From contig CM068750.1 of NCBI GenBank assembly GCA_035084275.1, forward strand, positions 7,874,001 through 7,938,000: a stretch of 64,000 bases of DNA, in the 5' to 3' direction. Origin of the DNA: Hydrolagus colliei. Its lineage: Eukaryota. The translations under genes and the position numbers were made by a program. The stretch's first letter is position 1, and every line of letters starts with the position of its first letter. Under the pieces are notes generated by a model. The model did not search any database and was not told where the DNA came from. It saw only the letters and a list, made by a program, of their open reading frames with translations. This document shows positions 13,666-27,034 of this stretch, in pieces.

Positions 13666-16561
13666 AAATGATTTTGTGATAACAAAATCTAGCTGTGTTG
13701 GAAAATAACTAAATATGAAAAACATGACAAGACTGTGGGAGAGGTCCGTGTACTGCATTTCAGGTCTGCCTACTGTAATTACTGTGCAACTGACATTTAT
13801 TGAAACATAATTTAGGTGAAATCAGTTTTGCTTGAAGCTGAATTAAATGTCACTCCAGCCCTGGTTTAGATAGGGATTCACTGGGTGGGGAATAGTGAAC
13901 ATGAAATTATCAATTTAAGGTGCAGAGTTTAGTTAACCACCACTACACTGCAGGCAAGCAATCCCATGCCAGGATTTTCATATTTAACTTGAGTTATTCT
14001 CATGCAGTATGTAAGAACGAATTACTCTATGTGCTTTATTAAATTGAGGTGCACACACAAATATCTAAATTTCCCATGCCAAGCATCAAAAAAGGCAGGA
14101 AAATCAATCAGAAACCATTTTGGAATGTTAAATAAGTTTTAAACAGATTGTGCCTTAAACTGAGAGCCTTACGGGAGGTTACATCTTCTGTACTTTCCAG
14201 CGTAAAATGTAAGCAGGTTTCTATTTTTTTTTAATTCTTCACAAATACTGCACTCAAATAATGTGGCAGACATGCCAAGCAATATACAGAATCCACTTCA
14301 GCAGTCAGCATTTTAAATTGTGCATCATTGAATCTCTGCACGGACTGCAACAAAATGGCCAGTCAGCCACCCACCCACACAGCACTGTGACTCCTAATTT
14401 TTAATTTCCTGAGCTCTCTTTCTCTCTGTGTTGTGCATGAGTACACAAGGAATGAGTCACTCTTGGCAGCTCAGCTTCTTACTTTGAAATATGTATTTTC
14501 TGTTCCATCCCAAATGCTCTCACAGTGAACACAGACATGGTATCTCCTGTGAAACTGAAATGATATGGTGACATGAGAACCAACTTTAACATGTTTAAAT
14601 TTCAGACAGCTTCTGACTTACAGGAATCACAGTACCACGTGTGAGTTCAGATATGGTCATTTATTTTTCTGAGCTGCTCAGTCATTTCTGATGATGAGCA
14701 ATTTGTTCGACTTTGTCTTGAACTTTCCATTTATTTACTGTATGGATTCACTCTATAAAATCAGGCCGCACCATATGAAAACAGTTTTCATTTTCAATGG
14801 CTTTCTCGCATGTCAATAAATTTAAAAAACCCATACAGTTAATTGATAAGACAAGTGTATTGTTATCGTTTAGAGTGACATTTAACAAGTCTGTACTTTG
14901 CCAATGTAGCACATTCCATTGGGTGTTTAGTAGAACAGTTTGATTGATAACTTGATTATATTTTGTAACAGTTAAAAAAAACCTTTGTAGATGATATGTA
15001 ATACAATACACATTTGTACAGTGCCTTTCACTTACCAACAACAACTTGCATTTATACAGAATCCCTCATGCAGGACAGCCTCCCAAAGTGCTTGACAGTG
15101 GCAGAGCATGACACTGTCCTATCATAGGGAGGATAGCTCAAAGAAAAATTCACTTGAGGGAGAGAGAACTTCACAAAAGGGAGAGAGGAATAAATAGAGG
15201 GCTAAAGGAGGAAATAACTAAAGGGTAGAAACTCATATGGAATACTATATGACACTGGCACTCATGAGTTGGGATGGGTGCCCTGTTTCTGTGCAACCAT
15301 CTTTAAGCATTTTTTTGTGTGATAAGGCCCCAGCCAAACGCAATTACAGTACAGTATAATTATGGTAGAAAAAATGCTTTGCACTTGCACAGCAGCCAGT
15401 TATGAACAGTAGCATCTTTGCTGCCCATGGGCGGCCTAACCCTGTTCCCCAGCCACTGACATGCCATAAACTATTACTCCCAAAGACAAGATGGAAGGAG
15501 GTTGTAACAAAATGTTTAATTAATACTATGAAACACATTAGTATACCTTCGTGAAGAATGAGCGAAAACTACATTTATATTTTTAGAAGTTCATTAAAGA
15601 AAAATCAATAGAAAGAGCTGGATGTAATAATAATCCCTTCAGGATTATTGACTCAGTTACCCTTGGATCAGTTAGCATTTGTTTCAATCCCAACTTTCCG
15701 TGGGATTCCATTGTCTATGAATGTTGCAAAGTAAACTCATCTTTGTGTCCACCATTTAAAACTAATATATGTCTGCCATCTAGTGACCAAACTGAATAGA
15801 CAAAGAAGTGAAACGTCAGAGTAAAATGGAAAGATGGAAAAATAGTGAAACGGTAGGATGAAATGCAAACAGCCTACTCTCAGTATTGTACCCTCAGTAT
15901 TTTTCTGTGACATTGTTGCCCAATAGAGCACAGTCAGTTATTTGGATTCAAATTCCAAAAAGCCCATCCATCCCTTTACATTCTTCAGGTGGGGGAAAAG
16001 GGCTTGAAGATAAATATGTTCTTGGGGACCGTGTGCATTCAAGAGAACCTTCCCTCCAGGGAGTGGGGAAGGAAAAAAAAAGTAATAGTTGGAGACTTGT
16101 GGGTGGAGTAAATACCAGCACGGACTGATTAGACGGAGTGGCCTGTTTTCAATCTGTATATTCTTTGTAACCTTTGTACATTTTTAGGAGTGGATACAAT
16201 CATTGTGACATCCTTGATGCGTATCTAGGTTTGTTATAATGGAATTCTGAGCTGGTTGTTCCGCTAGTATTTAGCCAATATTCTTCCCAGTGTCATAGCC
16301 AATTGTCCTCCTTTAGCCAAAAGCATTGAAACAGATTACTGTAATTGGCAATTCATCTCACTGCTTCTGGCACACTATTGCCGTCACCTGTACCTTCATA
16401 ATAACCTACAAAACTATGAAGTAAATCATTATGTACAGCATTAGTACAGCAGTGAACGTGGCGACCAGTTGCACACAGCAATATCCCACCAACAGTCAAG
16501 GTGTGAGTGATGAATTCAGGTTTGCAGGGCTAAGGAGAGAGGGGGGTTGTTGGTGAGATTG

Positions 16562-16698
16562 ATTTGGACAGCTCTTTTCAAACAGCTGGCACAGACGCGA
16601 TGGGACGAATGACCTCCTTCTGTGCTGTGAAAGGTGCTATACAAATAATAATCAATGTAATTTTGTTGGTGTTCTACAATTCTAGGATTCTATGATTA
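16562..16698 (+). mobile_element. CR1 LINE 3' end
   Basis: GCTCTTTTCAAACAGCTGGCACAGACGCGATGGGACGAATGACCTCCTTCTGTGCTGT matches 1-149; ATTCTAGG-ATTCTATG tail. Confidence 0.7.
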
Positions 16699-16708
16699 TA
16701 GTCCTGTC

Positions 16709-17017
16709 GAGTCCACAGTAGCTCAGTGGTTAGAGCACTCGCCACACAAACAACAGACTTGGATTCAATTCCCAGCAGGTGAAACCGTGGGCAAGTTTCC
16801 TTACTCCACACGCCTGATAATAAACGCTCAAGAAAAAAAGTAATAAAATGGTCGTTCCAATCCACGGCTGTTTGTGGGACACTGCGGTGCGCAATTGGCC
16901 GCCGCGTTTCGCCCGCAAATATACAGTCCATTCACTTTACGATATATTTTGTGAAGCGCTTTGAGACGTCCAGAAGACCTGAAAAGCGCTATATCAAATG
17001 GAAGGATTATTATTACT
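16709..17017 (+). mobile_element. tRNA-derived Deu-domain SINE, full length, about 150 bp upstream of the FNTB ATG
   Basis: A-box TAGCTCAGTGG 16719-16729, B-box-like GGATTCAATTCCC 16761-16773, central domain AATTGGCCGCCGCGTTTCGCCC, tail GAAAAGCGCTATATCAAATG and (ATT)n. Confidence 0.88.
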
Positions 17018-17074
17018 ACAAATACAGTAGAGATACTGTACTGTACAGTAGTATGGGATGTGCAGTTAGCAGCA

Positions 17075-17175
17075 AATTGCTGATTGGACGGCGTGGAGCA
17101 CGGTGCGCATGCGCAGATGCACCGAAGTGGGAAGGCAGCGAGATCTGCGCAGCCGCGGGTTTCCAACATGGCGGA
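17075..17175 (+). promoter_or_regulatory. FNTB CpG-rich core promoter (CCAAT, NRF1, YY1/TISU-like start context)
   Basis: ATTGG 17083-17087; perfect NRF1 palindrome TGCGCATGCGCA 17104-17115; CAACATGGCGGA 17164-17175 around the ATG. Confidence 0.75.
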
Positions 17176-17263
17176 GAAGTCGGAGCTCTGGTGTCTCCGC
17201 GACGATCATCTCCAGCAGAAGCTCAACTGGGACAATGTGATCTCTCTGACTTCCATAGACCAG
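17168..17263 (+). CDS. FNTB: Protein farnesyltransferase beta subunit, exon 1
   Basis: MAEKSELWCLRDDHLQQKLNWDNVISLTSIDQ resembles the mammalian ...SVETVTSIEQ exon-1 end; 96 nt, donor CAG|GTGAG. Confidence 0.9.
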
Positions 17264-17597
17264 GTGAGAGCGCTTCTCTCTCTCTCTCTCTCCCACGCCA
17301 CCTGGGGGGCGGGGGGCGAGGAGGGGCAAATGGAGCTTATAATTCCCGACTACAGGGACAAGGAGGGAAAACAAACAGCCCAGAGTCACTGGTCCTACCC
17401 CTCTCCCCCCCCCCCCCCCCCCCCCCCCCCCACCACCGACCTCTCCTCACTCTACCCCAAGGTCTGGCCTGTAACAGTCACAACAGTTTGAATTGTTCAC
17501 CCATCTCCCCCACAGCTCCCATCGCAGTAAACCTTGTATTTGGTACAGCGTCTTGTCTCATCGTCAAGACGTCTCAAAAGCGCTTCACCAGACACAG

Positions 17598-17750
17598 CAA
17601 TAACAACAACAACAACAAAATTACATTTGTGTAGCGCCTTTCAAGTCGGGAGGACGTCCCAAGTCCCAACACAGTCAGTGTTTTGGACCCGAGCTGGGAT
17701 TGAAGGGTGAAGGGATGGTGGGAGGGGTGGGGCGGGGGTGGGGGTGACGG
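17598..17750 (-). mobile_element. L2 3' tail fragment
   Basis: (CAA)n-AATTACATTTGTGTAGCGCCTTTCA...GGACGTCCC, reverse of the L2 tail. Confidence 0.65.
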
Positions 17751-18404
17751 ATAGCACTGTACACTCTAAAGTGTAGTGACTGTGTGTTTTGCGGGTGAAA
17801 AAGCAGCAGTCAAGTGTGCACAGGAGTGTGCCAGAGAATTGTTGCCTTTTTTTAAAAAAAAAGAACAGGGTGGGGTGTTCTTAGTGCTGTACATCAACGG
17901 TTTTGGAATGTGTAGTGTAGAGAAGTCTAGAAGTATTTAGGTGATGCTAAATTTGTAATAGTCGAGTGGAAAGATGGAGATGTGAATGAAGGAAAATTCT
18001 GGTTGAAATTAAAAGTGAGAGAAGGTAGCAAGCGTGGACTGGTTAGGAAACTCAGTACCCCAAAATACTTAAAGGTTTCAGCAGTGGCAATGATATTACT
18101 GACAAAATAAAATCCACCACCAGTTAAGTGAATGTGATCCCACTTTCCGGGGATGAAAGGTGGGAGTTATTACAAACATAGCTCAGGTGGATCAATTAGA
18201 TAAATTCAAAGAGTGTCTTTGGCCTAGACTTTGCCTTCTTCCTGGAATAGTTTGAGTGATGGATGATTGCTGACCCTACAGAGAACCACTTGCAACTATG
18301 GTACTTTTATTCCTGAATAGTGTGCAGGCATACAAATTGTGGAAGAATCTGATCAAACATGAGAAAGTAGAGCAAAAAAAATGCATGTCGTTATCTGAAT
18401 TTGA

Positions 18405-18900
18405 TCACACTCACCTGGTTCAGGTCGGTTACCTGTGGGGTATCCCAAGAATCCATCCTTGGCCCCCTTCTCTTCATTATCTGCATGCTTCCTCTTGGTG
18501 ATGTCATACGCAGACATGGGGTAAACTTCCATGTGTATGTGGATGACACCCAATTCTACTTTACCACCTCAATTTGTGACCCCCAGTCCCCTGATGTTCT
18601 GTCAGCCTGTCTGTCAGACATCAAGAGCTGGATGAGTGCAAATTTCCTTCAGCTAAATGTTGACAAGACGGAAGCCATACTCTTTGGCTCAAGTCGTCAG
18701 CCGACCTCTTCTACCTACCCGACTTGCCCCCCAAAACTCCGAAACTGTACGTAACTTAGGTGTCAGGTTCGACCACCAATTATCCTTCCTCCCCCACATC
18801 TGGTCCCTCACCAGCACTGTACAGTATATTTTGTGAAGCGCTTTTGAGAAATCTAGAAGACATGAAAAGCGCTTTATCAAATGCAAGGATTATTTATTAT
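18405..18900 (+). mobile_element. L2 RT fragment joined to a SINE tail
   Basis: CGVSQESILGPLLFIICM...HVYVDDTQFY...DIKSWMSANFLQLNVDKTE, then a SINE-type tail from about 18815. Confidence 0.85.
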
Positions 18901-19731
18901 TTCAAAAACAAGGAATTTAATCATGCGAATCATAGAGAGTTTCGGCACATTTGGCCCATATTAACTGTGCTGATGATAGCTTCCCCAAGGAAGCTGTGTA
19001 CGCTTAATCCCATGATCCTTGGAGCAGTTACTGGCCAGATTAGGTCCTAGAATTGCCAAAGTAACATTTGCTTCAATTTCTAATCATATTTTGTAAGGTG
19101 TTCATTTTATGTGGAGGGTGCACCATAGTTATTATGTACTTTCTGATCCCTTTATTATTTTTCTAATTTTTCCAGTTCACTTTTTATAATTCTGTTGAGT
19201 ACCACATTTTTCTGTGCAATGCACACCCTAGCTTTGCATTAGCACTGATCCTGTTGTACAGAATGCTAAAAATAAAGCTAACACCCTGGTAATCCAACAG
19301 TTAACGGATGCAGCAAAAATCTGTTTTTTTTCAAAAAAGTTAACTTTTTTTAGTGCAGCGACTATTTTCTTTAAACAAGAACAGTCTAGCAATGACTTTT
19401 TTTAAATTTAGATTTTTAGAAATCTATGCAGAAATTATTCAAGTAAATAAGCTTTGGTTATATTTGCTCCAGAAGGCTAGATAGCAAAGAAGATTGTGAT
19501 GCTCTCAACATTCCCCAAACATCTGAGATAGCTAGCATTGCTAGCAAGGTTCTCCAGCTTTTAAGTGTTCTGCAACAAGTTTATAGTTGACTCCTAATAA
19601 AATGTACAGAAAATCCCTTACTGTACTTTTTCACTGCAATGCCCTTTATTTGAATTTTTGTTAAAAAAAACTTTTGAAATCCAATTTACTTCAGTTCTAG
19701 GAACTTAATTTGTCTCCCTCCTATGTAACAG

Positions 19732-19796
19732 ATCATGGTAGAACTGGACGTGGAAGAGCAATTTGATGCCGTCACACTTAATAAGGCCCTGTTAAG
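19732..19796 (+). CDS. FNTB: FNTB exon 2
   Basis: 65 nt, cag|ATC...AG|gtaag, IMVELDVEEQFDAVTLNKALLR; size and phase fit the flanking exons. Confidence 0.85.
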
Positions 19797-20418
19797 GTAA
19801 GCAGCACATCGACCAATTGGCCACAATAATATTCATTCTTATCCTGAGTGATACAAATGGATCATAGCTTGGAATGAGTTAAGACATTTTATCTAGAGAT
19901 ACATATCTCTTTAACTGTAAGAGTTTTGTATGTTATTTAAATTCTGAGATTAATTAGATTAGTTAAACAACTTGTTCACTTTAGTGGCCTCTTCAATTTT
20001 CTTTTGGGAAAGAAGACTGTTAATCAGACTGATGTGCTCGTAAAAAAAACTATTGCAATGTGTGATCTCACCATTAATGTGTGTCATGTTTGGGTATTGG
20101 TTGTTTCTGATAAAAAATAAATTGTACATTGTTAATCTTTTTTGATATATATCCAGCTGCTTGATGTTCTCATTAAAGATTATTCTTATTCTATTTCTGC
20201 CTCTTATGAAGTTGTAGCTGTATTACATTACCAAACTGCCTGCATTGAAAATCACAAAAGAAGGGTATTTGCACTCATGGCTTCTCGTTCTTAGGGATAT
20301 TGTTGATCCCCTCAGAACACTGGAAATTAAATAGTATGAAATGAAACTTCATTAAAATGTGGCACAAGTGGATAATAAGTGTTGATATCTAAATTAATTT
20401 CTATTACTTTTTTTTCAG

Positions 20419-20491
20419 GCCTGTCCTTGAAAGAGAGAAACACTTCTTATACTTGAAGAAAGGTTTGAGACATCTAACAGAATCATACTCG
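20419..20491 (+). CDS. FNTB: FNTB exon 3
   Basis: 73 nt, PVLEREKHFLYLKKGLRHLTESYS, AG/GT flanks. Confidence 0.95.
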
Positions 20492-23400
20492 GTAGGATCT
20501 CAGGCGGAAGGGTGATTAGACAAGATTTTTAACCTTTTTTTTCTTTGTGAAGTCTGGAACTTCACTTTTAATTTATTCTAGTTGGGCCAGAGATTTAAAG
20601 CTCACATGTTTGCCATCACCCAATAAAACCTAACTAAGACGAATGTTGTAAAGGCACAATGAGCTTCATATGATTCTGAAGAGATAGACACTGGGATGCT
20701 TTACATTGACAAATCTTATTGATTGTTGATTGTAATTTCAGCTTCATAAAGCCAAACCACTTGCCAAATCCTGAAGTCTGATGAGAAATTTGACTTTGGG
20801 CTGTTGGAACACCATTCAAGATGCCGTGGATTTTTGTCCGTAAGCATCATTTGTCAAATATGTTATCAAACGTTGCTTGTAGCATTCCATTCATGAATCG
20901 TGAAACTGATTCAAGAACTGAATGGGATCAAAATAATTTAGTTTGAGCAGCCACTATCGTATTTCAATTTGACTGTTGGGATCAGGAGTTGTGAGAAGAT
21001 TTAGGTGATTGGTTCAACCACATAAAATCAAAGCTACATAATTTAGCACATGGGATTTTCAACTTTGAAGGTCCCCATTTGACACTGGATGCTTTATTGT
21101 TGGTCAAAGACTGACTTCTATTGCATTGAAGCTCAGTAAACATTGTTAAGATGTAGCTTTTCAAATGTGATTTCCTCTAATAAATAATTGGCAGAATTCG
21201 TTTTTTGTGGCTTGAAGTAATTTCTATTTTATGTGTTGGGTTGTTTCTGTATCTCGGAATATCATTAGCTGTGGCAAAATGCACCAGCCATTTGGAAGCA
21301 AAGGCTGACTTATTGTTTTGTGTTGTTTTATGAATGATATATGGAAGTTTAATCTGTTACTGAAAGAAATAGCTTGTCTTTTTAATTCTTTTGAGTTTAA
21401 CATTCTCTTATCTCCACACTCCACTAACTCGGCACCTCAAAAGATACAACAATGAATGCCTTACAGATTTCTCTTGATACTCATTCATAAGCTAATTCAT
21501 CTTCCAACAATGTAATGGAAGATACACATTTAGTAATTTTGATGGCCAGTTTTATGAGTATGTCTAACTTGGGACGTCCTCCTGACGTGAAAGGCGCTAT
21601 ACAAGTGTAATTTTGTTTGTTGTTGCAAACCTGGACACCCATGAAAAACACAACTCTGGTGCATAACAGAATTAAGTATCAATCTCTTTAAGTATTCAGC
21701 TCACATAGTAATAATCGTAGCATTTGATATATAGCACCTTAATGTGCCATTGAGACGTCTCAAAGTACTTCACACAATATATTGTAAAGTATAGTATATG
21801 TATTTTGTACATGAAATATGTTGTGTTTATTTTTGTCAGCAATGACAAGCACATAATTAGCTGCTCTTTTGGTAGTAAATAACTCTTTCTGACTTAACCA
21901 TTGCATAACAGGAGAAGAGTGTCTGGTATGTACCTCTCATCTTGGTACAGCTTTGTTTTGGATGTAAGTTGGTGTGGGATATATATTGGTGTAGGGATGG
22001 AGTGGAGTTTCAGGACTATCCTCAGATCTGAGGTAGTTTGTATACAATATTGCCCAATTCATTGAAAAGATGGCACAAGAATTTAAACTAAAATAATTTT
22101 TCATATATTCTATTGATCAGAGTATAATCTATCAAACTTGCTTGTTTTACATATATAGGTGTGTTATGTAGTGAAAGGCATTATATAAATGTGAAATTGT
22201 TGTAGTGGAGGGAATTTTTAAAATATAAGAAAGGATGATTTTAAACAAAAGCTTTAAATTTGAAAGTGCTGATGTTTTTTTTTCTCTCATTTTGTTCCTG
22301 CTCATTTTTATTGAAGAAATATTCATCTTTTTTAACAGGGCATGTCTTTGAAAGAGTCACAGCATGAAGGTGACTGAGGGACAATAGTAGACTAGAGATC
22401 AGAATAGAGGTCACACCAGGCAGCAAAGAGGAACAAGACCAGGCTTAGGTATGCAAGTGATTGACAGGGATAGAAAGACCACAAAAGTTTTAACCTACCT
22501 GTCAGGGCAACCTGTTTGCGATTTCCGTACAGGTGCATAATATCTACAGTTTATATCAACTTGAGTGAGTTAATAAGAGTTTAATTTACATAAAAATAAT
22601 ATATTTGAAAGGATACATAATGTTGGTAACTGGTGCCTCAAAGAAACATTAAGTAAGAAATTGCATTATTTGCATAAATGCAAGTCTAAGGAGATTAAAT
22701 CAGCCACAGTGAATTTGCTCCCGAGTCCCACCATGTACATGCCATATTTTTGTCAATTTGTTTTCAGCTGCCTGACAATTTGGTGATTTGATGTGACCCA
22801 AATAGATATTTGTTGGAAGATTTTATCCTGACGACATTTGTTAATGTGATAACCATTGCTCTAGATGAATAACTGGGTATTCATTCCAACTTGATGACTG
22901 AATTTTGCTACAGCTGATGAAGGCCTTAGATACCATGCCTAAATATGTTGGGAGTACTCAAGCTGCAACCAATCAACATATATTGATAAATACTTGGCAT
23001 TTAGTAACAAATTGCTTCATACTTTTCAGAAATCACACAAAACAGCTGTTAAGTTATGCATAGAATCCCAATATAAAATGAATCAGGTTTCTGACCTCAT
23101 TATTTGGTTGGAATCATTTTATCTGAAGTCCTGAGGGCTGTCTTCAATCTAAGTTTATTTTGAAATGTCAACCTTTTATGTTCTGGCAATTGGAGTGTAA
23201 GAGTTGTGTTGTTGCAATATAGTACATCTGTGTGGTTATGATTTTGTTAAATCAGCCAGGAGTCTGATGGATGTGGAAACCCCTTCTCGTGCTTGAATTG
23301 TAAACTCCAGCTGCTGATACCTTCCACACGCAACGTTTGTTTGTTATAGATGAGTGTGAAGAATATTTTCCTTCATTGGCATGTGCATCCCTCAGAGTCC

Positions 23401-24161
23401 CATGGATGAGTTGGGCAATTACTAATCCATGCCCTATGGTGTAACTTGGGGATAACTTGAGTTGGTTCATTCGACCCCAAAGAGGTCCTACTTAAATTCT
23501 ACATTCAGAAGAGTAGTCAAAAATTGACCAACATGAGTTGAGTTCTTGTTTGATGAATATCAGATTCCTCCTGTGATGTATGTTGAGCCACAAAACTACA
23601 TATGGTGTGTGAGGTGTTACCATCAGAGCACAGCCAGGAAAACCAGTCAGCAAATTGGAACAGTAAAGCTTTAGCAATAGTTACAGCACTCTGCATATCA
23701 AACATTGTAGCTCCCAGATACTGGAGTTTGTGTTTGCAAATTCAAACTTCAAGTAATGATTTATGTGACTGATGTCCCAGACTCCAGAATTTCCTGATCA
23801 GTTTTTTTTGTCACACATCTGCCTTCAGTGTGATGCAGAGAAAGCAGCTCATGAAGTGCCTTGGGGATCTAGAGATTGAAGTTCATTCCAGGCTTGCTTG
23901 CCACAAACTGCTTAATCCAGGTGCTCATGTAAAGAGCTTTGGCAAAGAGATGCATTAACTTTCAGACCAAGACAGTGTGACAGTTTGGTATAAGAAGGCT
24001 TCATCTCCAGTCATCGTTTTCCCTTGTATAGCCAAAGGGTCTTGGATCTCATGTGTGATGAGGAAACCAATCTTTTCATAGATCACATTTTTTCTACCTG
24101 TTTTTTTGGCAGGAGTTGTCCCACGGGTGGAAATTCACTTTGCTTTCTGTTTATGATTCAG

Positions 24162-24253
24162 TGTCTAGATGCCAGTCGTCCTTGGCTTTGCTACTGGATC
24201 TTGCACAGCCTGGAGCTCCTGGGTGAACCACTTGATCAGTGTGCGGAATCAGA
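24162..24253 (+). CDS. FNTB: FNTB exon 4
   Basis: 92 nt, CLDASRPWLCYWILHSLELLGEPLDQCAES; includes the W102/W106 equivalents. Confidence 0.97.
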
Positions 24254-24755
24254 GTGAGTATCCTCTTGTGCAATAGTTTTTCTCTCTTATCTGAAATTAT
24301 TTTATTTTGCACGCAATGAGGGGTGGTTAGATATGTCCTAATGGCCGTTGATGAAAAAAAGATTGTTTCTTAAATGTGTAGTTATCTTTATGACGAGGAA
24401 ACTCTTAACAGAAATCCATTTATAAAGTATATTTATACAAAGGTAATTTTTTATATACGTAATTTTGCTCTGACCAATGCTGCATTGTGATGCTATTGTG
24501 GAATTACTGAAGTGGACCTCGTCCAGACATTAACAAAAACACTGTTAGAGACGCACTCCGTCAATCATGGTAGTTGCAATGTCAATTACTTATTACATTT
24601 CTTTAGTGTTACTTCATTGAGCATCGGGGGGAATACTGAGAAAAGTAAAGATTAAGAGGCCTCAGGGTATATGCATGCCTGTGCATTTGTACTTAAACAT
24701 TGGCAGCGGGGGTTGAGAGGAACAAGAGCTAATGTTTTACACCCTTTTTAAATAG

Positions 24756-24902
24756 TATCTGTCAGTTTCTGGCAAGATGTCAGAGTCCGAATGGTGGATT
24801 TGGGGGAGGACCAGGTCAACAGCCGCATCTTGCTCCCACATACGCTGCTGTAAATGCACTCTGCATAATAGGCACAGGGGAGGCTTATGATGTTATTGAC
24901 AG
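24756..24902 (+). CDS. FNTB: FNTB exon 5
   Basis: 147 nt, ICQFLARCQSPNGGFGGGPGQQPHLAPTYAAVNALCIIGTGEAYDVIDR (prenyltransferase repeat). Confidence 0.97.
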
Positions 24903-26412
24903 GTGAGTCAGAGATTTTCTAATGTTACATTTATAATAGGAGCGCCAACAATGCCATAGGCCACTTGTGCTCTAAAATTTGCCTTGTTTACACTGTTAGA
25001 TATCAAGACATATTTAAAATTGAACATATAAGGTGAGCTTTGTAACTCATTTTTTTGCTGCCAGACCTTCCCCAGATAAAGATAATCCTTTCTCAGTCTT
25101 TACACATTATTAATTTTCATTTTAATTATGTTTACTTATTTTCTTGATAAATCTAAGCTTGCATACTGTGACATATTTGAGACTAAAATAATTGCTTTCA
25201 ATGGCTCCATATAGAGAGTAAAAGTAACATTTAAACCAAATGAATTGAATGTTGTCTATTATGAAAGTTTTAATTGTCTAATAAATTCACATCTTCCTGC
25301 TGATTGCTGTTTGGCTACTTTGTGCTAACGGTGGTTGGTGAAGTGTTGTTATTCAGAATAAAATGATTTCTAAATGTCTCTCTGCCTTTTTTCTACATCC
25401 AACACTTGTATATGTGTGTGCCAGCTGTACTTAGGTCTATTTGACATTTCAAAGTAAAAATTGACAGGTAAGAAAGGGTGAAAAAATACTTCATACTTCA
25501 AAAAATACACATCTTTGAAAATTAGAGTGTTTCTGCACAATAACTTATTAATTGGAGATTCTTTGATTCCAATCAAGTAGAATGGCCCACTTGATAGTAA
25601 ACTATTGCATAAAACCTCACACTGAAGTTTTAGTACATAAATCCAACCCGTGATCACATTTTTCACGCTAAAATGATCTATATTAACTCTAGCAGTTCAA
25701 CATTTAAAGGAAAGAGAAAAATAAATCAAAACTGAAGCATGAAAGGCTACACAAGACAATTTTAAATGAATAAACCAGATTGGCTGAATGAGTGCCAGAA
25801 CTCACTGGGATCTGTATGCTAATCCCACAGGCTATTACAGTGTGCGGTACTTCTAATCAGAGACGATGAGCATTGTGATATCTCAGTACATTCTGATTGT
25901 TTAATCTCTATGGGGCACCCATGGAAATTTTGATGATTGGCAGTTTTTTTCTTGTGTCATGTTCTGCATTATGTCAAGTTTGAAAATTGTGTAATCTTTC
26001 ACAATGAGCATTAATAATCCTCAAGAGTCTTTCAAATTCTATGAATTACTATGCATGCAGAAGTGGGAAGGATTGAAGTTTGCGTTCACGATTTCTCACA
26101 TGCAAAGATTCTAATCTCAACAATGCAGCACTTGCATATCCCTTCAAGAGTAAGCATGGCATTTGTTTTGCATTTCAAGTTGTTATGGAACATAATAGTA
26201 CCCATGGCCAAGGAATTCATTGGTGGTGTCGATGTTCATGGTGGAAAGTAGTGATTACCATACAAAAAGCAGTTACTACACTTGACAGTAATTACTCTAA
26301 ATGCTTTGAGATATTTCTACTTCAAAAGGTGCTATAAAAATCCAAGTTCTGGTGTTGTATGAAGGCTGTACTGGTTTAAACTCAGGATTTCAGTACAGTT
26401 TCTTTAATATAG

Positions 26413-26496
26413 GGAAAAACTGTTACAGTTTCTGTACTCAGTGAAGCAGCCTGATGGATCTTTCATTATGCACGTTGGTGGAGAAGTTGACGTCCG
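26413..26496 (+). CDS. FNTB: FNTB exon 6
   Basis: 84 nt, EKLLQFLYSVKQPDGSFIMHVGGEVDVR. Confidence 0.97.
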
Positions 26497-27034
26497 GTGA
26501 GTTTTGATCATTAAATAATTCAATCATCTGCAGTATTTTGCATTTTATTTGAGTTTTAATCATTGTTGACTTGCTGCTGGGAGGCATTGATTGGTGAGAA
26601 TTTTAAAACTTGCTGAGAAGAATGGACCAAGGTTCACCATGAGCACAGAGTAAAGATAACTTCAGTTTACCATGTATTTTGTGATGAAGTAACACAATTC
26701 AAAATTTCAATTGGAAATTGGTCATTTCAATCCACAACTGTTTGTGGGGTACCGCTGCTGCGTTTTACCCACAAATGGTAAATTCAGTTTACAGTATATT
26801 CTGTGAAGCACTTTGAGACGTCTAGAAGATACAAAAAGTGCTATATCAAGCATTATTGTTAAATTCTGAAATGATTGAGCAGACTTAAGTCATGAATTAC
26901 GTTGATTATTCATGAACAGGAATGTTGCAAAAAAAATTGAAAGCGAACGATTTCATAATCTGAAAATGTTTTCTGTTCTGTTTTGGGATTATTGAATGTT
27001 CTGGTGATTAAATGAATGTTTTGCATTTGCCTAG

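Noticed and set aside
14687-14718. CTGATGA followed by a small stem
   Set aside because: No GAAA box after the stem and no stem I; not supportable as a hammerhead or a C/D snoRNA
16709-16780. tRNA gene
   Set aside because: A/B boxes are present but there is no cloverleaf, and it continues directly into a SINE body found in several copies
16951-17634. 227-aa ORF over the FNTB promoter
   Set aside because: Runs across a SINE tail, CpG island and poly-C tract, out of frame with FNTB exon 1; GC-rich artefact
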